Assembly: GCA_963701295.1 (NCBI GenBank)
Contig: OY969585.1
Coordinates: forward strand, 2,560,001 to 2,624,000
DNA: 64,000 nt
Direction: 5' to 3'
Source of the DNA: Ignavibacteriota bacterium
GTDB taxonomy: Bacteria > Bacteroidota > Ignavibacteria > UBA10030
This document shows, in pieces, positions 19,408 through 27,544 of the stretch; position 1 is the stretch's first letter, and each line of letters opens with the position of its first letter. Position numbers and translations under genes: made by a program. The notes beneath the pieces are model-generated. The model saw only the letters and a list, made by a program, of their open reading frames with translations, was not told where the DNA came from and did no database searches.

Positions 19408-20325
19408 ATGCCAGACGATCAGACAAGAGTTTGGACTATCCGCGAATTGATGAAGTCTGCGATTGAGCACCTTCAAGGGAAAGGATTCGAGGAAGCCCGT
19501 CTCAATGTCGAACTTCTCCTTGCCCATGCATTAGATCTCCAGCGGATTCAACTTTATGCCAACTTCGATAAACCCCTCACTCCGGAAGAACTCAAACAAT
19601 TTCGTACACTGTACGAACGTCGGCTGACGCGTGAACCGGTGCAGTACATTATTGGTTCTGCAAATTTTATGGGATTGCACTTCACCGTCGATCCGCGCGT
19701 GCTCATTCCACGTCCGGAAACAGAAACACTCATCGAACAGGTGATGCTTGCATGTCAACGGTATCCCACCGACGAACCAATTCACATTCTCGAAGTAGGA
19801 ACAGGGAGTGGAAATATCGCTATCTCCATTGCTAAGTATGTGAAACGTGCACAGATTACGACGATCGACATCAGTCTTGAAGCGCTTGCTGTGGCGAAGC
19901 AAAATGCCCGCCTACACTCCGTAGAATCGCAAATAAAATTTTCATGTTCGGATATATTTGATCAATCTGATGAATTATTTCGGGTTCAGTACGATTTGCT
20001 CGTCAGCAATCCGCCGTATGTGCCGAAAGATGAATGGGAACAGCTTCAGAAGGAAGTGCGGGACTTCGAACCCTCATCAGCTCTGACCGATGGCAAGGAT
20101 GGATTTAAATTCTATCATCACATGGCAGGAATTATTCCGACTATTCTGAAACCGGGCGGGTGTATCGTGTTCGAAGTGGGATTTGACCAAGCTGAGACTG
20201 TTGCTCAAGAATTGAGGGATGCAGGATTGGGAAAATTACAAATTACTAAGGATTTACAGGGTGTTCCTCGTGTTGTTTCAGGAACATGGGTGATTTCGCA
20301 GACAAATTTTATCGGTCTCAATTAG
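19408..20325 (+). CDS. prmC: Release factor glutamine methyltransferase
   Basis: RR...EP.QYI.G, VLIPRPETE, GTGSG.IA and SNPPY motifs. Confidence 0.95.
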   Translation: MPDDQTRVWTIRELMKSAIEHLQGKGFEEARLNVELLLAHALDLQRIQLYANFDKPLTPEELKQFRTLYERRLTREPVQYIIGSANFMGLHFTVDPRVLIPRPETETLIEQVMLACQRYPTDEPIHILEVGTGSGNIAISIAKYVKRAQITTIDISLEALAVAKQNARLHSVESQIKFSCSDIFDQSDELFRVQYDLLVSNPPYVPKDEWEQLQKEVRDFEPSSALTDGKDGFKFYHHMAGIIPTILKPGGCIVFEVGFDQAETVAQELRDAGLGKLQITKDLQGVPRVVSGTWVISQTNFIGLN

Positions 20326-20339
20326 GTGTACGTAAAACG

Positions 20340-20789
20340 ATGCGTGCATTGGTGCAACGGGTAAAGAGATGTTCTGTATCCATTGATGGAAAATTGACCA
20401 GTTTCATTGGAATGGGTGTGCTTGTTTTCCTTGGTGTGAAAAACAGCGATACAGAAGTTGATGCAGAATATCTTGCCGAACGCTGTGTGTCACTCCGTAT
20501 CTTTGATGATGAAGCCGGAAGAATGAATCTCTCCATCAAGGATGTCATCGGCGAAGCGATGGTGGTTTCACAATTCACATTATACGGCGATACACAAAAA
20601 GGAAACCGGCCAAGTTATACTGATGCCGCGTCTCAGCAGATCGCTGAAGTATTGTATGATCATTTCACTAAGCACTTACGGAATCTGCTCGGAGAGAAAC
20701 GAGTTGCAACAGGCGTCTTTCGCGCGATGATGGATGTCGAATTGGTGAACGATGGACCTGTGACATTGATACTCGAAAGCAAGAGTTAA
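20340..20789 (+). CDS. dtd: D-aminoacyl-tRNA deacylase
   Basis: MRALVQRV, SQFTL, KGNRPS and NDGPVT motifs. Confidence 0.96.
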   Translation: MRALVQRVKRCSVSIDGKLTSFIGMGVLVFLGVKNSDTEVDAEYLAERCVSLRIFDDEAGRMNLSIKDVIGEAMVVSQFTLYGDTQKGNRPSYTDAASQQIAEVLYDHFTKHLRNLLGEKRVATGVFRAMMDVELVNDGPVTLILESKS

Positions 20790-20849
20790 ATCGCCAACGG
20801 ATGACCATCGACGATCATCTGGTTTCATTCTCAACAATAACACTCGGAC

Positions 20850-21788
20850 ATGAATGCTGAAGATGCTCATACAGCGCTGCATGTAGTTTTGCTCTTCCTG
20901 GATGGTGTAGGTATCGGGAAGAATGACGCGACTACGAATCCATTTGTCCGAGCACATATGCCTGCACTGACTTCATTATGCGGAGGGAAATTGCCGTACA
21001 CTCCATTCAAACGGATTTCATCAGAACAGGCAGATGTGATCGCAGTGAATGCAACGCTGGATATAGCCGGGTTGCCGCAGAGCGGGACAGGGCAAACAGC
21101 GATTTTTACTGGTGTCAACGGATCTAAAAAGTTTGGTAGGCATTTTGGTCCACATCCGCCTTCGGTTCTTTGGTCAGTGATTGAAAAGAAAAACATCTTT
21201 CATCAGTTGAAGGCAATTGACAAATCAGTTGTCTTTGCAAATGCTTTCCCAAAACGATTTTTTGATTATATCGAATCCGGTACGCGGCGATTAACAGTGA
21301 CAACACTCTCTTGCCGGTTCGCTGATGTACCTTTGCTTACAGCGAAAGAACTTCTGCTTGGAAAGGGTATTTCGGCAGATTTTGTTTGCGCACAATGGAA
21401 AAAGCTCGGTTATCCGGAGATCATTCCTATTACACCAGCGGAAGCGGGAAGACATCTTGCGCATATCGCGGCAAAACATCACTTCACGCTTTTTGAATAT
21501 TGGCTGACAGATCATGCCGGTCATTCCCGGAACATGGCAACTGCAGTAGAAGTGCTGGAACGATTTGATGAATTCTTGTCCGGTTTTTTAGAATTGTTTG
21601 ATCCTGTCAATACATTGCTAATGATTGTCAGTGACCACGGAAATATAGAAAACCTTTCAACCAAATCGCATACACGCAATCGCGTACCATGCATTCTTGC
21701 CGGCCGGCACCGCCATAAACTCGTGAATCAAATAAAAAATCTTACGCACATAACACCTGCAATCATGAGACTGTTTCTAGATTCATGA
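20850..21788 (+). CDS. Alkaline-phosphatase-superfamily metalloenzyme (phosphoglycerate mutase/phosphopentomutase-like)
   Basis: LFLDGVGIG, GLPQSGTGQT, TDHAGH, SDHGN and HT.N metal-binding motifs. Confidence 0.8.
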   Translation: MNAEDAHTALHVVLLFLDGVGIGKNDATTNPFVRAHMPALTSLCGGKLPYTPFKRISSEQADVIAVNATLDIAGLPQSGTGQTAIFTGVNGSKKFGRHFGPHPPSVLWSVIEKKNIFHQLKAIDKSVVFANAFPKRFFDYIESGTRRLTVTTLSCRFADVPLLTAKELLLGKGISADFVCAQWKKLGYPEIIPITPAEAGRHLAHIAAKHHFTLFEYWLTDHAGHSRNMATAVEVLERFDEFLSGFLELFDPVNTLLMIVSDHGNIENLSTKSHTRNRVPCILAGRHRHKLVNQIKNLTHITPAIMRLFLDS

Positions 21789-21798
21789 GTGAATTACG

Positions 21799-24186
21799 AT
21801 GAAGCGTCGCCCGGCACTTCGGTTTGTTCTTCTTTTTGCCGCTGGAATTCTTCTGTCGGAATGGATATCACTTCCTCCAATTTTGTTACTTTCGCTTTCT
21901 ATCGTTCTTGTTTTTTTATCAGCAATCCTTTTTTGGTTGAAGAAACAGCAATTCGTTGCTGTCATCGCGCTTCACTGTTCAGTTGTTTTATTAGGCTTTC
22001 TTCTCCAGACACTTCAGCGCTTGGATTTTAAATCTCGTGAACTTGAGCCAAGTATCGCAGATGAATCTGTAACACTCTTTGGAACAATTGATTCTGAACC
22101 GATCCGGCGAGATAGAAGGATGAGCTATGTTGTTCAGACAGATAGTATCTTTCGCGTTCACGGCATCGAACAAGATTCTCGGCGTGTTCTGGTTATGGTT
22201 CGTCTAGACAAAGGAGAAACCTTTCTGGAAGAAATGGAATATGGAAGGAAAACAAAATTACGGGGATTGCTCGAGCCATTCCCGTTTCAACGAAACCCGG
22301 GAGAGTTTGACTACGGAAAATATCTTACGCTGAATGATATTCAAGGGGTTATTTCGGTCAAGGGATTACACGAAGTAAAGGTGAATGAGCATAAAGGCGA
22401 AAATTCTCTCAACACATGGACCTATTCAGTTCAGCGCTCATTGTATCACATTATCGATAGTCTTCATTCTCCACAATATGCAGGTTTTCTCAAGGGAATC
22501 ATTTTTGGATACTGCGCCGATATTCCGCCTGATGTGAAACAGTCATTTTTAGATACCGGCACGATCCATATTATGGCTGTCTCCGGTTCAAACGTTGCTT
22601 TCGTGGCATTTATATTTTTTTCGTTGTTTGGTTTCTTTCGTTTGTCGCGCAAAGCGGTTGGCAGTGCAGCAATAGGAGGGCTCATTGTTTATATGCTCCT
22701 AACAGGGTCAAGTCCATCGGTGGTTCGGGCAACGATCATGGCAATCGTTATTCTTTGCGGAACCTTGTTTGAACACAAAGCAGATATCTACAATTCTATC
22801 AGTGTCGCCGCAATGATTCTCCTGTTGTGGAATACCAACACGCTCTTTGATGTCAGTTTTCAACTTTCGTTCTCGGCTGTAATTTCTATAGTCTATTTTT
22901 ATCCTCGACTTGAATTGCTTATAAAAAGAATTCCTGAGCGATTTGAGGAGATTAAAGCGGTCGATATGATACTGAAGCTCTTTGCCGTTTCACTGGCGGC
23001 TCAGTTAGGCACGATTCCATTCACTGCATATTATTTTAACCGCGTGTCTATTATTTCTTTGATTGCCAATATACCGGTTGTGCCCATCAGCGGATTGAAT
23101 ACATTCATTGGATCTGCAGAAATGATGTTTTATTTTATTAGTCCATGGATTGCCAAATTATATGCAGCATCAAACGATTTCTTGATTTGGTTTCTCCTTG
23201 GGTTTGTGAAGCACGCTGCGAGTATTTCCTTTGCATACGTAGAGAACTGGCATGTGAGTCCAATGCTCGCGATAGGATACTATGTCGCTGTGCTTGGTGT
23301 CTTCAATGCTCATCGGAGACGAGTTCGTGCATGGATCTTGATTCTTTTATTGGTCGCCGGAAATGTTGTTCTCTTTTTAGATTTATGGGCTCGTGCACAT
23401 ACAAAATTGACTGTAACGATGATCGATGTTGGACAAGGAGATGCCATTTTAATGGAATTTCCCAGTGGAAGACATTTACTGGTAGATTCCGGTCCAATAT
23501 CGCAGCGCTTTAATTCTGGTGAGAAAATTGTTGTACCATTACTCAAGCGGATGGGAATTTCAAAAATCGATTATTTAGTGATTACACATCCACATAGCGA
23601 TCATATTGGTGGCGCTGAATCAGTAATAAAATCTCTACGAGTTGATTCACTGTTCATGGGATCACTTGATTCCACCAATCGGGAAGTACAAAATTTACTC
23701 GAATGCGCACAAACAAGAAATGTAGGATTGAAAGAAATCCGCGCCGGTAACCAGATTTTCATCGATCCAAATGTGAGAATCTATGCACTTCATCCCACTC
23801 AAAATATGTCTGATGAGAAAAATTTAAATAATTCTTCCGTTGTGCTCAAAATACTATATGGGAATACATCTATTCTCACGATGGGCGATGCTGAAACTCC
23901 GGCTGAGCAAAGGATGATCAAACGATATGGTGAATTGCTCTCCAGCAGTGTATTGAAAGTTGGGCATCATGGCAGCATAACCAGTTCCAGTGAAGAGTTT
24001 CTTCAAGCAGTTCATCCAGCAATGGCACTGATATCGGTAGGAAATCACAACCGGTTTTCTGATCCATCGCCGTTCATTCTCTCGCGATTCAAAGCATATT
24101 CCATCGCAATGAATCGCACGGATAAACTCGGAGCCATTATTATTGAAAGCGATGGCAAACAATGGGTACACAGAGAGTGGAGATAA
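21799..24186 (+). CDS. comEC: DNA uptake competence protein ComEC/Rec2
   Basis: RNPGEFDY, G..HIMAVSGSN, SPSVVRA.IM and SFQLSF motifs; C-terminal MBL domain (DVGQGD, THPHSDHIGG, KVGHHGS). Confidence 0.95.
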   Translation: MKRRPALRFVLLFAAGILLSEWISLPPILLLSLSIVLVFLSAILFWLKKQQFVAVIALHCSVVLLGFLLQTLQRLDFKSRELEPSIADESVTLFGTIDSEPIRRDRRMSYVVQTDSIFRVHGIEQDSRRVLVMVRLDKGETFLEEMEYGRKTKLRGLLEPFPFQRNPGEFDYGKYLTLNDIQGVISVKGLHEVKVNEHKGENSLNTWTYSVQRSLYHIIDSLHSPQYAGFLKGIIFGYCADIPPDVKQSFLDTGTIHIMAVSGSNVAFVAFIFFSLFGFFRLSRKAVGSAAIGGLIVYMLLTGSSPSVVRATIMAIVILCGTLFEHKADIYNSISVAAMILLLWNTNTLFDVSFQLSFSAVISIVYFYPRLELLIKRIPERFEEIKAVDMILKLFAVSLAAQLGTIPFTAYYFNRVSIISLIANIPVVPISGLNTFIGSAEMMFYFISPWIAKLYAASNDFLIWFLLGFVKHAASISFAYVENWHVSPMLAIGYYVAVLGVFNAHRRRVRAWILILLLVAGNVVLFLDLWARAHTKLTVTMIDVGQGDAILMEFPSGRHLLVDSGPISQRFNSGEKIVVPLLKRMGISKIDYLVITHPHSDHIGGAESVIKSLRVDSLFMGSLDSTNREVQNLLECAQTRNVGLKEIRAGNQIFIDPNVRIYALHPTQNMSDEKNLNNSSVVLKILYGNTSILTMGDAETPAEQRMIKRYGELLSSSVLKVGHHGSITSSSEEFLQAVHPAMALISVGNHNRFSDPSPFILSRFKAYSIAMNRTDKLGAIIIESDGKQWVHREWR

Positions 24187-24293
24187 GGGTTTTCGCCAAT
24201 GTTTCAGTTTGTGTGGATCAGGGAAAAATTCCCGATACATCACTAACCTGCTATGTTAAATTGAAACACTACCAAGTTTTTCGTAAATAAAGG

Positions 24294-24322
24294 TTGACAA
24301 TAGTCTAATTCAGTAGTACCAT
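24294..24322 (+). promoter_or_regulatory. Putative sigma70 promoter of the secreted-protein cluster
   Basis: TTGACA-N17-TACCAT. Confidence 0.6.
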
Positions 24323-24420
24323 TCCATAACATCTCCTATTGCCGTTTCAACGCCAAACGATCCTTCTGGGGCGCGGCAGAGTTATAAAGAAAACAGTTTG
24401 CAATTTTGCAGAGGGGTTAT

Positions 24421-27400
24421 ATGCAATCGCCTACCATTACGGTTACACGAGAACTTTCTGTTGCCTTCATTCTATTACTTTTTTCCACTTCGCTCAATGC
24501 GCAGATTAAGATTAAAGAGCGAGTGGAGATATCGCCGACAAACAACGTAAGACAACATACAATGACAAATTCAGAAATGCCAAATATTACTTTGCCTCCA
24601 ATTGATCCTTCAGTAACCGCGTTGGGTATAGGCGGTGGTTTCCTCGCGGGAGTTGATTGCAGTGATCCAAACGCAGATTTGGTTTTTGTTCCGCGTATCG
24701 GTGGAACCTTGGGGATTGCATTGTGCCAGTGCGATGGAAGTGCAAGTGGTGATACGCCTGATGATATCCTTTTGGTGTTCGGCCCCGATGGAAACATTAG
24801 AAACATATTTCCACTGAAAGATCTCGATTCATGTTTTATTCAACCAAGTGGCGGTTATGTTACTTTTTACGACCCATGTGCTGCATATTATCATAATTAT
24901 ACCCAGTACGCTGTGGCTGGAGAGGAAGTTTGCTGGTTTAATCCATTTTGGTTCGATAAAGCAGCATATGACCATGACACTGAATTAAATGGTCATGTCG
25001 ATTCAACAATTTACTGGTATGCGCCTCCTCGAATCATAGTCCCTGTAAAAGCATGGGAACCATTACGTTTTCGTTTATTAACATACGATGGAAAAATGAT
25101 AAAGGACGTCAATTGTAATCAGGGGGGACCTTTGGATTCCCTCTCTCTTATTGTCACTGGCAATTGGACTCAATTTCCTAGTACATTGCCCCCGTACGGG
25201 CTGGGCGTGTTAGTGTTTCGAGCACGCGATTACGATACGGAGACTCATGAAGATTTTGCAACAGTCTTTCCCATGCAATGGCTTGCTATCGATAGCAGTG
25301 CTATTGGAGGATCGCCCTCATCGGTGGGATATTCTGACCCTATTATTCTGCCGGATAGCGGCATGTATCGGATTATTTTAACAGGTGCTAAACCGAATGT
25401 AAATGGGACTCTTACGTTCATCGACACAGCATCCCATATATTATTCTCTGATATCCAAAGCCACATAGGTGATACGATTCTCGTAGGACCGTATGGTGAA
25501 GGCACGTCCTTCCAGGTCGAATTGAATGGAAGTAATCCTTCCACAACAGAAACGAGCTATGGAAACTGGAATATGGCATTTGAGAATTGGATCGATTATG
25601 ATTTCGGAGATGTCGCGATAACGGTAGAATATGCTGCTCAACCACCCAATCACTTGGAACTCTGGAGCACTTCAAGCACAGTCTATTATGGAGACACAGT
25701 TGATGTGGATGTTGTTCCTTGCGGCAATGACAGTTTGTTCTCGCCTCTTGGTCCTGATGATATGTATGAATTTTCTGTTGCACTGATGGGAGAGACCTCG
25801 CAATATGGACAATTGATCTATCAAGGACAAGGCGGAGACTCCTTTTATGGTATTCCTTCCGTGGGCAGAAGAGGAGTTGGAGTGAAGTTTGCGGCAAATG
25901 GAATTGAGCCGGATAGTACTGTGAATTTAACTTTTGATCTGACGGCAAGATATATCGGTGGAGGGGGAGTGGCAAGTTCGATAGGAATAACACCTATTAA
26001 ACAGACACAGACAAAAGCTCTGATGAAGCAGTCAAATAACAATCCAAGCCAGGGTATTGTGAGATATAAGAATAACAAAGTTGCATTGAATAAGGATGCA
26101 CGAAACAAAACATATAAAAAGGCCGAAGCAAAGAAACTACAGACCATCTCAGCACTAAAGCGGCCGAAAAAGAAAAAGATAGGACATCCTCTTGCGGTGA
26201 ATAAGAGCAAAAAAAATGCGCATAAATCTCTTTCTCAAAAAACAATTCTCGCTTCAACAGCAGGAATTGGAACGGGAATTTATTATCTAGAAACTTTTTG
26301 GACATGGGGAGAAAAGAAATACACAATTCTTTTAGGCGAGACGAAATATTATCAAGCGAAACCAGATTTAACAGATAAAACAGGAACAAAGCTTATATTC
26401 AAAGAAATGAGTGAGACAAGCGGGTGGACATCAGGAGGACAACCAGCACAATTTACTGTAACCGCGGAAACACCTACAGATAAACTCGGCGTCTATTATG
26501 AGTTCAAGGATAACGATGGAAAAATATTAGCTGGCGATATGATTCGATTAATTGGCCGATATTGGACAAAAGATCAGACTTACGAAGTACGATTAAATGC
26601 AACATCGGGTGAAAGATCGGGGAGTATTTTGATTGTGGTAAAGAAACCGAGTAAACTAGGAGATGCACCACAATCAGCCATTGATGTAATAGGGAATCCA
26701 TATGCTCTTGATGATTCTATTATCACTCATGCCGGGATGACTGGTATCTTGCCACAATACATTAAGGCAATGATCAGAAATGAAACCGTTGGAAGATTTG
26801 CTCCTTCATACCGTTATGAGCCATTTACAGATTTGAAGAAAGTTCAAGTAAAGGACATTAAAGGAAATTATATGTTCAAATCGAAAACACCTTATTGGAT
26901 TAATAGCACTTCTGATTTAGGCACTCCAGGGATTCCGACGGATCATTCAAATCTTTATAATGCTCTTAGCAAAATAGATGGCTATCCCGGTTATCAAACA
27001 GTCTGGGATATCTATAATGCAGATATGAATAAAAAACAAAGTCTTTATTCTTTGAATGTTTATGGAAATATTTATGGCTTAGCGGAGCAGTGGACATTGT
27101 ACTACAACAAGGGTATTGCAGACCAATACTCGTCTGCACAAGCATCGGATTCCGCTAATGCTAAGTTTATAAGGTGGATGAGAGATACTTGGTCTGGAGG
27201 ATTGAAAAATATTGTTGCGCAAACACGGATAGCCTCATCCTATGGACTCCTTCAACTTATTTACTACTATGGTGTCAGCGATGCAGAATATCCCATTGAT
27301 GCAAATCATCGTCCGGAAGATATTAACTTAGTATATAATTCGTTGTATTATGGTATTATGCATTTCTCAAATAAGTTGGAATGCGCAATGTATGTACCCC

Positions 27401-27528
27401 TAGATAGTAACAACTGGCCCAATGGTCTAGAGGTATCTTATTTATTAGGTTTATTAAGATACAATGGGAGTATTAACTATGCGCTTGATGTCATAGCTTA
27501 TTCTCAACAATATCTGCCACAGCAATAA
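24421..27528 (+). CDS. Large secreted multidomain protein with C-terminal lysozyme/SLT-like domain
   Basis: Signal-peptide-like N-terminus (AFILLLFSTSLNA-Q), Cys-containing beta-rich region and Lys-rich linker; C-terminal GILPQYIKAMIRNE...SSYGLLQL...YNGS..Y...V. Confidence 0.7.
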   Translation: MQSPTITVTRELSVAFILLLFSTSLNAQIKIKERVEISPTNNVRQHTMTNSEMPNITLPPIDPSVTALGIGGGFLAGVDCSDPNADLVFVPRIGGTLGIALCQCDGSASGDTPDDILLVFGPDGNIRNIFPLKDLDSCFIQPSGGYVTFYDPCAAYYHNYTQYAVAGEEVCWFNPFWFDKAAYDHDTELNGHVDSTIYWYAPPRIIVPVKAWEPLRFRLLTYDGKMIKDVNCNQGGPLDSLSLIVTGNWTQFPSTLPPYGLGVLVFRARDYDTETHEDFATVFPMQWLAIDSSAIGGSPSSVGYSDPIILPDSGMYRIILTGAKPNVNGTLTFIDTASHILFSDIQSHIGDTILVGPYGEGTSFQVELNGSNPSTTETSYGNWNMAFENWIDYDFGDVAITVEYAAQPPNHLELWSTSSTVYYGDTVDVDVVPCGNDSLFSPLGPDDMYEFSVALMGETSQYGQLIYQGQGGDSFYGIPSVGRRGVGVKFAANGIEPDSTVNLTFDLTARYIGGGGVASSIGITPIKQTQTKALMKQSNNNPSQGIVRYKNNKVALNKDARNKTYKKAEAKKLQTISALKRPKKKKIGHPLAVNKSKKNAHKSLSQKTILASTAGIGTGIYYLETFWTWGEKKYTILLGETKYYQAKPDLTDKTGTKLIFKEMSETSGWTSGGQPAQFTVTAETPTDKLGVYYEFKDNDGKILAGDMIRLIGRYWTKDQTYEVRLNATSGERSGSILIVVKKPSKLGDAPQSAIDVIGNPYALDDSIITHAGMTGILPQYIKAMIRNETVGRFAPSYRYEPFTDLKKVQVKDIKGNYMFKSKTPYWINSTSDLGTPGIPTDHSNLYNALSKIDGYPGYQTVWDIYNADMNKKQSLYSLNVYGNIYGLAEQWTLYYNKGIADQYSSAQASDSANAKFIRWMRDTWSGGLKNIVAQTRIASSYGLLQLIYYYGVSDAEYPIDANHRPEDINLVYNSLYYGIMHFSNKLECAMYVPLDSNNWPNGLEVSYLLGLLRYNGSINYALDVIAYSQQYLPQQ

Positions 27529-27544
27529 ATTTTAAGAGGTTATT

